A stretch of 64,000 nt of DNA from Ignisphaera sp. (GTDB lineage Archaea > Thermoproteota > Thermoprotei_A > Sulfolobales > Ignisphaeraceae), in contig JAWBDT010000001.1 of NCBI GenBank assembly GCA_038821645.1, positions 64,001 through 128,000 of the forward strand, in the 5' to 3' direction. Numbering within the stretch: the stretch's first letter is position 1; each line of letters begins with the position of its first letter. Below are positions 8,709 through 19,108 of this stretch, one piece after another. Both the position numbers and the translations under genes were made by a program. The notes below the pieces were generated by a model, which did no database searches, was not told the DNA's origin, and saw nothing but the letters and a program-made list of their open reading frames with translations.

Positions 8709-11594
8709 ATGAGTAATCCAGTAAAGAAATATGTATACCAATTTGAAGAAGGCGATCCTGAGAACAAGAGACTCTTTGGAGGAAAAGGTGCAAGCCTCAT
8801 AAGAATGGTTAAAGTAGGACTACCTGTTCCACCAGGTTTCATAATAACTACAGAAGCATGTGTAGATTTCTATGCCCCTAGAAAAAGTGAAGTAGACTAT
8901 ATAGAGTTCGAATTATCGAAGAATCCTCCGCCAGAAGTTCGAGACAAACTTATAGAGAATGTATGGAACATAATAAACTCTCTAAGTTTACCTAGTGGAT
9001 TATGGGAACAAGTTGTAGAAAATGTTAAAATAATTGAGCAAAAAACAGGCAAAAAATTTGGAGATCCAAACAACCCGCTACTTGTATCTGTCAGAAGTGG
9101 TGCACCTATCTCAATGCCTGGTATGATGGATACTGTCCTAAACCTTGGTCTAAATGATGAAGTTGTTGTCGGTTTAGCTAAGCTAACAGATAATGAATGG
9201 TTTGCATATGATGCTTACAGAAGATTCATCAATATGTTCGGTAAGATAGTTCTTAGTATAGACGAGAAATTATTCAATAAGGTTTTTGAAGAGCTTAACG
9301 AGAAATATGTTAAAGAGGTTACGCAGAGATTTGCAGACGAGATAGCTAATGTGAAGGCTAAGTTCCCGACTTATTCACCTAGGCTAGATGCTCAACCACC
9401 TAGAGAACTTGCACCAAATCTATGGAAGAGGTCTGTTGAGTACCTCAAGGAACTTGTAAATCAATTCAAAGCCATAGTTAAAGAGAATTGGGGAGAATTT
9501 CCACAAGATCCATGGAAACAGCTAGAGCTTGCAGTAAAGGCTGTTTTTAGATCGTGGATGAATCCGAGAGCTATTTACTACAGAATATTCAACAAGGTTA
9601 CACCAGATATAGCTCACTGTACAGCTGTAAATGTTGTCACAATGGTTTTCGGCAACATGGGATGGGATAGCGGAACTGGTGTAGTATTTACTAGAAATGT
9701 GGCTACTGGTGAAGATGAGCTTTATGGTGAGTATCTTCCAAATGCTCAAGGAGAAGATGTTGTAGCAGGTATTAGAACGCCTTTCCCAGTTGCAGAACTC
9801 AAGAAGATGTTCCCAGAACTTTATGATCAGTTGTATAAAGCATCAAAGCAGCTTGAAAGAGCACTTAAAGAAGTTCAAGACATTGAGTTTACAGTTGAGA
9901 GAGGTAAGCTCTACTTCCTACAGCATAGAGATGCCAAGATGACTCCATTAGCCAGAGTTAGAACAGCTGTAGATATGGTTAAGGAGGGTATAATAACGAA
10001 AGAAGAAGCGATACTTAAGGTTAAAGCAGAACACGTGATACAGCTTCTATACCCGAGGATAGATCCAAATGCTAAAGCTAAACCAATAGCTAAAGGATTA
10101 CCAGCTTCACCTGGAGCTGTAAGTGGGCAAGTTGTTTTCCATCCAGATGATGCTGTTGCATGGGCTAAAGAGGGTAAGAAGGTTATACTTGTCAGAATAG
10201 AGACTAAACCTGACGATGTTCACGGATTCTATGCGGCTGTAGGTATACTCACAAGTAGAGGAGGTATGACAAGTCATGCAGCTGTTGTTGCTAGAGCCAT
10301 AGGTAAAACTGCTGTTGTTGGTGCTGAAGCTCTAGATGTACATGAGGAAGAGAAGTACTTTAAGGTAGGAGATATTGTGGTTAAAGAAGGTGACTGGATC
10401 ACAATAGATGGTAACTCAGGTAATGTTTATTTAGGTATTGTTCCAACTATAGAAGGTGGCTTAATACCTGAGCTTGCAGAAATACTGAACTGGGCTGACG
10501 AAGTTAGAAAGCTAGGCGTTAGAGCTAATGCTGATGTACCTGAAGATGCTGAAGTTGCTCTTAAGTTTGGTGCAGAAGGTATTGGTCTACTTAGAATAGA
10601 GAGAATGTTTAGGAAACCCGAAAGACTAGAGCTTCTGAGAAAGGTTATACTTTCTGAATCAGTAGAAGAGAGAACTAAGTATCTAGAACCTCTAGCATCT
10701 ATGATTAAAGAAGACTTCAAAGGCATATTCAAGATAATGAATAGCAAACCTGTAATTGTACGTCTAATTGATCCACCACTTCATGAATTCTTACCTAAAG
10801 CTGAGGAAATTCTTCAAGAAATATATGAGCTAAAAGCTAGAGGAGCTCCAGAGAATGTTATAAAGGAGAAAGAGTGGTTATTGAGAAGAGTAAGAGCTTT
10901 ACAAGAAGCTAATCCAATGCTTGGTCATAGAGGTGTTAGAGTAGGTGTAACTAATCCAGAGATTTACTACTATCTATCCAAAGCAATACTAGAGGCTACA
11001 GCAGAACTAGTTAAGGAGGGATATAACCCAATAGTCGAGATAATGATTCCACAAGTATCAGATGTAAATGAAATTAGGTATGTAAAGCAAAAAGCAATAC
11101 TACCTGCTCTAGAAGATGTTGAGAAAAGATATGGAGTTAAACTAAATGTGAAGATAGGAACAATGGTTGAAACAGTTAGAGCTTGTCTAGCCATGAACGA
11201 AATAGCCAAGGAGGTAGATTTCATAAGTTTTGGAACTAACGATTTGACGCAAGCGGTTTTCAGCTTCAGTAGAGATGATGTAGAGAATAAATTCATGCCA
11301 TTCTACTTACAGGAAAAGATCTTGCCTAACAACCCATTCCAGACACTAGATGTGAAAGGTGTAGGTAAACTTATAGAGATGGCAGTAAAATCTGCTAGAG
11401 AAAATAATCCGAAGATCGAGATAGGGATTTGTGGAGAGCACGGAGGAGATCCAGACTCAATAATGTTCCTATATAAAGCAGGACTAGACTATGTATCTGC
11501 ATCACCTTTCAGAGTGCCTGTAGCAAGATTAGCAGCAGCACAAGCAACAATTAAATACACAAAGAAGGATGTAAAAGTTAGTTACGATGTATAA
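8709..11594 (+). CDS. ppdK: Pyruvate, phosphate dikinase
   Basis: GGKGA, VSVRSGA..SMPGMMDT, GGMTSHAAVVAR (phospho-His), EANPMLGHRG, SFGTNDLTQ, GICGEHGGDP. Confidence 0.97.
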   Translation: MSNPVKKYVYQFEEGDPENKRLFGGKGASLIRMVKVGLPVPPGFIITTEACVDFYAPRKSEVDYIEFELSKNPPPEVRDKLIENVWNIINSLSLPSGLWEQVVENVKIIEQKTGKKFGDPNNPLLVSVRSGAPISMPGMMDTVLNLGLNDEVVVGLAKLTDNEWFAYDAYRRFINMFGKIVLSIDEKLFNKVFEELNEKYVKEVTQRFADEIANVKAKFPTYSPRLDAQPPRELAPNLWKRSVEYLKELVNQFKAIVKENWGEFPQDPWKQLELAVKAVFRSWMNPRAIYYRIFNKVTPDIAHCTAVNVVTMVFGNMGWDSGTGVVFTRNVATGEDELYGEYLPNAQGEDVVAGIRTPFPVAELKKMFPELYDQLYKASKQLERALKEVQDIEFTVERGKLYFLQHRDAKMTPLARVRTAVDMVKEGIITKEEAILKVKAEHVIQLLYPRIDPNAKAKPIAKGLPASPGAVSGQVVFHPDDAVAWAKEGKKVILVRIETKPDDVHGFYAAVGILTSRGGMTSHAAVVARAIGKTAVVGAEALDVHEEEKYFKVGDIVVKEGDWITIDGNSGNVYLGIVPTIEGGLIPELAEILNWADEVRKLGVRANADVPEDAEVALKFGAEGIGLLRIERMFRKPERLELLRKVILSESVEERTKYLEPLASMIKEDFKGIFKIMNSKPVIVRLIDPPLHEFLPKAEEILQEIYELKARGAPENVIKEKEWLLRRVRALQEANPMLGHRGVRVGVTNPEIYYYLSKAILEATAELVKEGYNPIVEIMIPQVSDVNEIRYVKQKAILPALEDVEKRYGVKLNVKIGTMVETVRACLAMNEIAKEVDFISFGTNDLTQAVFSFSRDDVENKFMPFYLQEKILPNNPFQTLDVKGVGKLIEMAVKSARENNPKIEIGICGEHGGDPDSIMFLYKAGLDYVSASPFRVPVARLAAAQATIKYTKKDVKVSYDV

Positions 11595-11600
11595 CATATC

Positions 11601-11610
11601 TTCTTTTTTT
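11601..11610 (+). terminator. Probable archaeal oligo-T terminator after ppdK
   Basis: TTCTTTTTTT begins 7 nt after the ppdK stop. Confidence 0.5.
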
Positions 11611-11678
11611 AAATTAATCTTTAGATCTCTAGTCCCTGATCCAGTCTATACGTCTTTATCTATAAGTTTATATACCTT

Positions 11679-13928
11679 GTGACTTCTAGAGATCTAGGTA
11701 ATGGTGTTAGTGTATTGACTGTGGAGAATGAGATTACTTTAAGAGTTGAATCTGCTAGACAACGTGACGTTGGTAGAAAAATTGCTCGACTGCCGAGAAA
11801 AGCGTTTATAGAGCTTAAGCTAGAACCTGGTGACTACATAGAGATCAGAAGTAGTAAAGGTGTTACAGTAGCTTTAGCATGGAATGCGTATCCCGAGGAC
11901 GAGAATTACGAGATTATAAGGATTGATGGATTCATGAGAGAGGTATTGGGTGTTAGTGTAGGAGATGTTGTTAGGGTTAGAAAAGCTTATGCAGTACCTG
12001 CACAAAAGGTTATACTAGCTTTTGTTGAAGGTGATTTTCTTGGAGCTGATTATGATCCAAGATATAAGGAATATTATGCTCGTAATCTTGCTCAATATGT
12101 TAAAAGAGATCTTCTTCAGAAGCCTTTGATAAGAGGCGATATTGTTGTTGTTTCTTATTTTGGTTACTTTGGAAATCCATTGAGGCTTAGAGTTATATCA
12201 ACTATACCAAATCAGATTGTATATATTACTGAAATGACGGAGATAGTCATAAGGCCTGAGCCTGCTAGAGTTACTCCTGCTGGTGTTCCAAGAGTTACAT
12301 GGGAAGATATAGGAGATCTCGAGGAAGTTAAGGAGAAGATTAGAGAAATAGTTGAACTACCTCTAAAGCATCCAGAACTCTTCGAGAGATTAGGTATCGA
12401 GCCGCCTAAGGGTATTCTTCTCTATGGTCCTCCTGGTTGTGGAAAAACATTGTTAGCAAAAGCTCTTGCTAATGAAACAGGTGCTTACTTTATTGCTATA
12501 AATGGTCCAGAGATAATGTCTAAATACTATGGTGAATCTGAACAAAGACTTAGACAGATATTTGAAGAAGCAGAAAAGAATGCTCCAGCAATAATATTCA
12601 TAGATGAGATAGATGCTCTTGCACCTAAAAGAGAGGAGGTTGTTGGTGAGGTCGAGAAAAGAGTTGTAGCACAGCTTCTAACGCTTATGGATGGTCTTAA
12701 GGAGAGGGGTAGAGTAGTTGTTATAGGTGCTACCAACAGGCCCGAAGCTGTCGATCCCGCATTAAGGAGACCTGGTAGATTTGATAGAGAGATAGAGGTA
12801 CCTCCACCAGATAGAAGAGCTAGAAGAGAGATACTAGCGGTACATACACGAAATGTGCCTCTATCGGAAGATGTCGATCTAGATAAACTTGCGGAGATCA
12901 CTCATGGCTATACAGGTGCAGATCTATCTGCATTAGTGAAGGAAGCTGCTATGAATGCTTTAAGAAGATTTCTTAAAGGTCATGCAATAGATTTAGATAA
13001 ACCTATACCTTCAGAGCTACTTCAAAAACTTAAAGTAACAATGATGGACTTCCTTAATGCTATGCGTAATGTGGCTCCATCGCTCATGAGAGAAGTGCTT
13101 ATAGAAATACCAGAAGTTCGATGGGATGATATAGGTGGTCTTGATATTGTTAAGCAGCAGCTTAGAGAAGCAGTTGAATGGCCTTTAAAATATCCTCAAA
13201 TATTTGAGCAAGCTGGTATAAGGCCGCCTAAGGGTATTCTTCTCTATGGTCCTCCTGGTTGTGGAAAAACATTGTTAGCAAAAGCTGCAGCTACAGAAAG
13301 TGGTGCAAACTTTATTGCTGTTAAAGGGCCTGAGATTTTGAGTAAATGGGTAGGTGAATCTGAGAAAGCTATTAGAGAGATATTCAGACGTGCTAGAAGA
13401 GCTGCACCTGCTTTGATATTCTTTGACGAGATAGATGCTATAGCCGCTATGCGGGGTCATGATGTTTCAGGTGTTACAGATAGAATAGTTAATCAGCTTT
13501 TAACAGAAATGGATGGAATAGAGCCTCTCAGAGGTGTAGTTGTTATAGGTGCTACCAATAGACCTGATCTACTAGATCCAGCTCTTCTAAGACCTGGTAG
13601 ATTTGATAGAATTATCTATGTACCTCCACCAGATCTTAAAGCTAGATACGAAATTCTCAAGATACATACAAGAAAGATAGCTTTAGCGGAAGATGTTGAC
13701 CTCATTGAATTAGCTAAGATGACAGAAGGATATAGTGGAGCAGATATAGAGAATCTGGTTAGAGAAGCAGTAATGCTCGCACTTAGAGAAGATATAAGAC
13801 CTAGACCTATAAGTTATAAATACTTCAGGAAAGCTATGGAGCAAATAAAGCCTAGTCTCACAGCAGAAGGTCTTCAGGCATATGAAAGAGTTAGAGAAGA
13901 ACTGACAAGAAAAATGCTTTACATGTAA
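11679..13928 (+). CDS. cdc48: CDC48/p97 (VAT) family AAA+ ATPase
   Basis: N-domain plus two AAA modules (GPPGCGKT twice, FIDEID/FFDEID, RPGRFDR twice) and C-terminal HbYX tail (LYM). True start may be slightly downstream. Confidence 0.96.
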   Translation: MTSRDLGNGVSVLTVENEITLRVESARQRDVGRKIARLPRKAFIELKLEPGDYIEIRSSKGVTVALAWNAYPEDENYEIIRIDGFMREVLGVSVGDVVRVRKAYAVPAQKVILAFVEGDFLGADYDPRYKEYYARNLAQYVKRDLLQKPLIRGDIVVVSYFGYFGNPLRLRVISTIPNQIVYITEMTEIVIRPEPARVTPAGVPRVTWEDIGDLEEVKEKIREIVELPLKHPELFERLGIEPPKGILLYGPPGCGKTLLAKALANETGAYFIAINGPEIMSKYYGESEQRLRQIFEEAEKNAPAIIFIDEIDALAPKREEVVGEVEKRVVAQLLTLMDGLKERGRVVVIGATNRPEAVDPALRRPGRFDREIEVPPPDRRARREILAVHTRNVPLSEDVDLDKLAEITHGYTGADLSALVKEAAMNALRRFLKGHAIDLDKPIPSELLQKLKVTMMDFLNAMRNVAPSLMREVLIEIPEVRWDDIGGLDIVKQQLREAVEWPLKYPQIFEQAGIRPPKGILLYGPPGCGKTLLAKAAATESGANFIAVKGPEILSKWVGESEKAIREIFRRARRAAPALIFFDEIDAIAAMRGHDVSGVTDRIVNQLLTEMDGIEPLRGVVVIGATNRPDLLDPALLRPGRFDRIIYVPPPDLKARYEILKIHTRKIALAEDVDLIELAKMTEGYSGADIENLVREAVMLALREDIRPRPISYKYFRKAMEQIKPSLTAEGLQAYERVREELTRKMLYM
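12401..13286 (+). repeat. Perfect 64-nt direct repeat (12401-12464 and 13223-13286) between the D1 and D2 Walker A regions of cdc48
   Basis: GCCGCCTAAGGGTATTCTTCTCTATGGTCCTCCTGGTTGTGGAAAAACATTGTTAGCAAAAGCT occurs twice. Confidence 0.95.
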
Positions 13929-13982
13929 TCTCTTTGATTCATCAATATTTTATCTTCTTATTACATACTACTTGCGATAAGG

Positions 13983-16487
13983 TTGTGGCTAGTGTTGTCT
14001 GAGAATCTTAAGCATCTAGCGAAACGTGTGTCTAGTTACATAACAGAAAATTTCAAGGAATTTAAGTTACGTTTCAGTAAGGAGCTTAACAAAGCGTTAA
14101 ATGGTAGATATAGATTGATGATAATGCTTGCAGGTGATAATGCAGAAAGACAGGGGGTTTTGTGTGTAGATATGCTTCTATCTTACTTAAAATGGGTGAG
14201 GAATATGAAGAAGAATATAAAGATTCTTTATGTATATCATGATGAGTTTGATGATGCTCTATATAGAAGAATGATTGTCGAAAGATTCGTTAGAAGGTAT
14301 GTAAAGAAACATAGATTTGATGTAGGACTCGAGATAGCTGTTTACGAAAATTCTGAAAAGTATCTTGGCACCACATTTCATGTTCTTGTAATAGATCTTG
14401 TAAACAGTTTGAAGCCTAATGATGTTGGTAGACTTGTGAATGTGGTTGAAGGAGGAGGCATAATTATAGTTTTTACACCTAGATGGAGTGAATGGATTAA
14501 CAGAAGAAATCTTTTTCAGATGTCTTTAGCTGTTCCACAATATCCAGAACCTAGAAATGTTTTTACTAGATGGTTTCAGACAATAACTATGGTGAGCAAA
14601 GGTATCTATGTATATGATGTTGATGGAGATACTGTCGTGAAATTTGATGAAGAGGATATCCCTAGCGAAACAATAGAGCCTATATCCATTCCAAACAATA
14701 CAATATTCCCTAGAGAGCTCTATAAATTAGCATTAACACAAGATCAAGTTAACGCTATAAACATTATAGAGAATCTTATTGATAATCCCAAACATCCATA
14801 TACACGAGCGTCTGTAGTTCTTATAGCTGATAGAGGTAGAGGTAAATCTTGTGCAATAGGTATAGCGTTAGTAGGTTTGATCCACAATATGCTCAAACAT
14901 AGGAATAGGATCAGGATTGCTGTTACAGCACCAGCTGTAACTAATGTACAATCACTCATGATGCTAGCTATGAAGGCTCTCGATACTCTGGGGCTAAAGT
15001 ACGACGTTATGAAGAAAGAGGATAACGTTATCGAGCTTAAGAGTGAAAGATTTAGTATAGAATACTGGAGTCCTGCAGCTATAGTTAAACAAGATGTAGA
15101 TATTGTTGCTGTTGATGAAGCAGCTGGAATACCTGTCCCATTGCTTCACAAGATATGGTTAAGGTTTAAGAGGACAATATTTGCCACAACTATTCATGGA
15201 TACGAAGGTGCCGGTCGAGGTTTCTCTATAAGGTTTCTTAAAAAGATTAAGGAAGATCGAAAGACAAAGCTAGTGATATATGAGATGGAGGAACCTATAA
15301 GGTATAGTAGGTATGATCCTGTAGAGAGATGGGTTTTTCGTGTACTTCTTCTTGATGCAGAACCAGATGAGCTTACTGAGGAAGATTTAAAACATATAGA
15401 GAAGAAGGAATTCATATACCTCAAATTTGATGTATCAGACCTGTTTACGCTAGAGAAAGAGAATATCTTGAGAAGCTTATTTGGTATCTATGTTCTTGCA
15501 CATTACAGAAACGAGCCAGACGATCTAGGTATGATAGCTGATGCCCCTCATCATAGTGTTAGAGGCTTGGCTCTCCCTAACGGAAAGATTGTAGCAGCAG
15601 CACAACTTGCAGAAGAAGGACCTATACCAAATGACTACATAGATTCTCTATTGAGAGGAGGTAAGATACCTGGCAATATTATTCCCGATAGATTGCTTAA
15701 ACATGGTAGGTTGAGGGACATTGGTAGTGGAAGGGGATGGAGAATAGTTAGAATAGCAGTACATCCAGAAGTTCAGGGGAGAGGTATAGGTTCCTATTTC
15801 TTGACAATGTTGATCAAAGAGGCTTTAGAGAGAAACTATGATTGGATTGGGAGTGGATTTGGAGCTACTGAAGAGCTTCTCAGGTTTTGGATTAAAAACG
15901 GATTTATACCTGTGCATATTTCTCCTGACAGAAATCCTGTTAGTGCTGAATATACTGTTCTCGTGATAAAGCCTCTTACAGATACGTGGAACAAGATAGT
16001 TGAGTTACTAAACAAGGAATTCAAAATGAAGCTAATAGACAGTCTATACGATACCTATAGGGATCTAGAGATAGAGGTAGCACATATACTACTAGATACA
16101 GATTATTGTTGTAAAAAAGATGGAGAAGAATGTATAAAAACAAATGATTTTACAGCCATACAGATCGACAGACTTTTAAGTTATGTCAATGGGTATATGA
16201 CTTACGAATCATGTAACGATGTTATTGTTAGACTTGTTAAACATTACTGGCTTTCACCAAAAAGTTGTAGAGAGTTGGATAAATTTGAAGAAATGGTAAC
16301 TATAGCTAAAGTTCTACAAGGTTTGCCATGGGAGATTGTAGCAGATATTTTGCATAACAAAAAGAGCAAGATTATAGAAACTGTGAGAGAAACTGTTGCA
16401 AAGCTTACAGAGATGTTCATAGGCTTAAATAGAGAGAAAGCAGAGAAATTTCTAGGCGGAGTTACATTAGATATGTATAAGGTGTAG
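13983..16487 (+). CDS. tmcA: RNA cytidine acetyltransferase TmcA/Nat10
   Basis: ADRGRGKS, DEAAGIP, TTIHGYEGAGRGF, AHYRNEPDDL, and GNAT motif RIAVHPEVQGRGIGS. Confidence 0.95.
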   Translation: MWLVLSENLKHLAKRVSSYITENFKEFKLRFSKELNKALNGRYRLMIMLAGDNAERQGVLCVDMLLSYLKWVRNMKKNIKILYVYHDEFDDALYRRMIVERFVRRYVKKHRFDVGLEIAVYENSEKYLGTTFHVLVIDLVNSLKPNDVGRLVNVVEGGGIIIVFTPRWSEWINRRNLFQMSLAVPQYPEPRNVFTRWFQTITMVSKGIYVYDVDGDTVVKFDEEDIPSETIEPISIPNNTIFPRELYKLALTQDQVNAINIIENLIDNPKHPYTRASVVLIADRGRGKSCAIGIALVGLIHNMLKHRNRIRIAVTAPAVTNVQSLMMLAMKALDTLGLKYDVMKKEDNVIELKSERFSIEYWSPAAIVKQDVDIVAVDEAAGIPVPLLHKIWLRFKRTIFATTIHGYEGAGRGFSIRFLKKIKEDRKTKLVIYEMEEPIRYSRYDPVERWVFRVLLLDAEPDELTEEDLKHIEKKEFIYLKFDVSDLFTLEKENILRSLFGIYVLAHYRNEPDDLGMIADAPHHSVRGLALPNGKIVAAAQLAEEGPIPNDYIDSLLRGGKIPGNIIPDRLLKHGRLRDIGSGRGWRIVRIAVHPEVQGRGIGSYFLTMLIKEALERNYDWIGSGFGATEELLRFWIKNGFIPVHISPDRNPVSAEYTVLVIKPLTDTWNKIVELLNKEFKMKLIDSLYDTYRDLEIEVAHILLDTDYCCKKDGEECIKTNDFTAIQIDRLLSYVNGYMTYESCNDVIVRLVKHYWLSPKSCRELDKFEEMVTIAKVLQGLPWEIVADILHNKKSKIIETVRETVAKLTEMFIGLNREKAEKFLGGVTLDMYKV

Positions 16488-16492
16488 CAGTA

Positions 16493-16888
16493 GTGGGTAT
16501 TAAGTGGATAGACATCATTGAGAAGATCTATAGAGAGATAGAGGATATAATGATCAACTGCCCCTTGTGTTCTTCATCCTCAAGATGTGTTGAAGAGCTT
16601 ACACAATCTCTACCAATGGGTATAAGGATACTGGGCGAATGTTGTGCTTGTGTTTTCGAAACAGTGCTAGATTCTATGCCAACAATAGATAGACTGTATA
16701 CTCATCTAGATACAGGTGATTCTATAGCTATATATGCTCTAGATGATATAATTATAGAGGTTTCTCAAACATCTGTAATGTTGGTTCCAATAACTTTGCT
16801 TACATCATATCTAGATCTTATTGATGAATCTGGCTATAGAGATACCGAGATAATAAAGAATTGGTTGAAGAATAGAGTAGAACGCTAA
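16493..16888 (+). CDS. Hypothetical Cys-rich protein (possible Zn-binding)
   Basis: Starts 5 nt after tmcA; CPLC...C...CCAC cluster; typical coding composition. Confidence 0.7.
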   Translation: MGIKWIDIIEKIYREIEDIMINCPLCSSSSRCVEELTQSLPMGIRILGECCACVFETVLDSMPTIDRLYTHLDTGDSIAIYALDDIIIEVSQTSVMLVPITLLTSYLDLIDESGYRDTEIIKNWLKNRVER

Positions 16889-17043
16889 GGCTAATAATAT
16901 AGTGGTTTACGACTCTCTATTCTATAGATATAGATTTATTAACTACACTCTATCAATGCTGAAGTTCTCTATATAGTTCTAGTAATACTGAACGATATAG
17001 CTGAACATATAGATTCTATGTAATGTTTTGTCCTATTCTCATG

Positions 17044-17730
17044 TTATTTAATTGATTTCGGATAAACTTTGATCTCTGAAGAATCTATATCCACAATTGT
17101 GTAGAAACCTTTCGATAGAGGTCCAGGATTGATCACTATAGTTTCATTAATCCTATCTACACATCTAGATTCATGGATATGTCCACAGAATGTTGCTAGA
17201 GGTTTCGCTATCTCTATGAATCTTCTAAGGGCTGGAGATCCTACATTTTCTCCCGTATATACACGATCACAGTTGGTTTTATATGGAGGAACATGGGTAA
17301 CCAGAATAAGTTTTGATGAAGTTTTTGCATTCTTCAACTTATTGTAGATATCCATGAGCATCTTTTCTATATCTTCATCTTGTAGCTCGAATAGAGATCT
17401 GAAAGGCGTTTTGTTTGAGCCTCCTAAACCCATGAATATGTATTCTCTATACTCTATGAATCTCTTATGTAGGTTTATGAATACATTATCCACTATTTTG
17501 TTGTAGTGATCAGCTATATCGATGTTTCCTGGTACAGCTATAAACAGCTCAATTCTATATATCTTTACTATATCTATAGCTCGTTTAATAAGATCTAGAG
17601 TTTTAAACGGTGCTTGATAAGGAGCTATATCTCCTGAAAACACCACTACATCTATACCTGGTTCTTTCTCAAGAAGTGTTCTCAGTAGATCTACATAACC
17701 GTGGATATCGCTTATAGCTAATATCTTCAT
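17044..17730 (-). CDS. Calcineurin-like metallophosphoesterase (Icc-related)
   Basis: SDIHG, SGD, PGNID, THVPP, GHIHE, NPG motifs. Confidence 0.92.
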   Translation of the reverse strand: MKILAISDIHGYVDLLRTLLEKEPGIDVVVFSGDIAPYQAPFKTLDLIKRAIDIVKIYRIELFIAVPGNIDIADHYNKIVDNVFINLHKRFIEYREYIFMGLGGSNKTPFRSLFELQDEDIEKMLMDIYNKLKNAKTSSKLILVTHVPPYKTNCDRVYTGENVGSPALRRFIEIAKPLATFCGHIHESRCVDRINETIVINPGPLSKGFYTIVDIDSSEIKVYPKSIK

Positions 17731-18677
17731 AAACTATCACCTAATGATTCTAAATCACTGGTACTAATTCTAGATCTAGAGATAAGCAGATTTAAGCCAT
17801 CAACAGGTTCCATACGGAAAAGCTCTCTTCTATTAGCCTCAAGAAACATAGGCTCCATATTCATAAACTGTGCAGCTGTGGTGATTTGTTTACCTTTATT
17901 AATAGCTTCAGATAGAAGCTCAACTATTTTACTAGCATAGTCAAGTTCTCGACATATATGATGATCAAGTATAATGATATTTAACATATCTAGATTTATG
18001 AGATTCACAAGAAGTTTTATCGAGTTCCTAAAACTGTGATCACTATATTTATAGCCTAAGAGATATGTTGGAGGTCCATCAACTATAGCTATACTGGCCC
18101 TTTTGCAGAAGTCTATTAGGGATTTATGGTGATGTGTAGGTCCGCCTTCTATATCTGATGTATAGAGAAGAGCATTATCTCTATCCTCTATGCATATGCT
18201 GATGATGTAGCCAAGCTTATTCTCTTCGCCATGAGGTAACGGAGGCGAGAAATTTATACGTGTTTTATCTAGCTCTATAGATCTTCCATCAGCTATAGAT
18301 ATGTTTCTAGCTCTATCAGATACAATTTTAAGGAATAATGAGGCTCTAATCTTTTGAGAAACATTTATGTTGTTCATAGGGTCTTTCACATAGATAACCT
18401 TACCTCTATAGAGGTCTGGATCCATGAACCGTCCAGGATCATGATGATCGTAGTGGTAATGTGTTATCACAATTATATCGCTATCTTTAACCAGCTTCTC
18501 TATCTCGTCGAATTTCTCTAGAAGTTTTCTAGCTTCGGAGATATGTGGTGGAAGACCAAATCTTCTTGGCGCTAAAGCTGCTGAAGGATCTATGAATATA
18601 TTTGCTGAATAGGTTTGAATGAACGTGGCTTGAGATCTAATGCCCATGCTCTCGAAAGCTATGAGCTCTACATCCAT
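17727..18677 (-). CDS. UPF0282-type metallo-beta-lactamase-fold hydrolase
   Basis: FESMGIRSQAT, DPSAALAPRRFGLPP, THYHYDH, PHG, DGPPTYL, DHH. ATGA overlap with the downstream gene. Confidence 0.88.
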   Translation of the reverse strand: MDVELIAFESMGIRSQATFIQTYSANIFIDPSAALAPRRFGLPPHISEARKLLEKFDEIEKLVKDSDIIVITHYHYDHHDPGRFMDPDLYRGKVIYVKDPMNNINVSQKIRASLFLKIVSDRARNISIADGRSIELDKTRINFSPPLPHGEENKLGYIISICIEDRDNALLYTSDIEGGPTHHHKSLIDFCKRASIAIVDGPPTYLLGYKYSDHSFRNSIKLLVNLINLDMLNIIILDHHICRELDYASKIVELLSEAINKGKQITTAAQFMNMEPMFLEANRRELFRMEPVDGLNLLISRSRISTSDLESLGDSL

Positions 18678-18689
18678 TGTATCAACCAG

Positions 18690-19100
18690 TTAACGGTCTT
18701 CTACAACGAATGTAGATAATGTGTATGCTACATCTATCTCTCCACATCTTGCGTAAGAAGATATGCTGAGTATTCGTTCACCTCTACTTAGTATACAACT
18801 TTCAATCTCTATATCGCTTAGTGTCTCGGGATGCTTTAAGAAATGTACGTTATGGTTAATGACTAGAAGTGCTTTATTACTCTGAAGAGATGTAGTTGCA
18901 AGAATTTCAGCTGTAGCTATAGTTAGCATTGATATTAATCCTCCAGGTATTTCTCCATGAGATGTAAGCACATCTGGATTAAGCTCAATCAACATCTTCA
19001 TACAATTCCTTTTAACATCTCTTGAAGATTCACGTACAGCTATAGCGTTTCTTAAAGCTAACGGAATATTGTCCAAGACTTCAGTAGACAAAGTCTGCAC
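18690..19100 (-). CDS. Hotdog-fold / PaaI-like protein (divergent)
   Basis: SHGEIPGGLISML resembles the HGG motif; NVHFLK and ILSRGERI strands. Confidence 0.6.
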   Translation of the reverse strand: MQTLSTEVLDNIPLALRNAIAVRESSRDVKRNCMKMLIELNPDVLTSHGEIPGGLISMLTIATAEILATTSLQSNKALLVINHNVHFLKHPETLSDIEIESCILSRGERILSISSYARCGEIDVAYTLSTFVVEDR

Positions 19101-19108
19101 CTCTAAAT

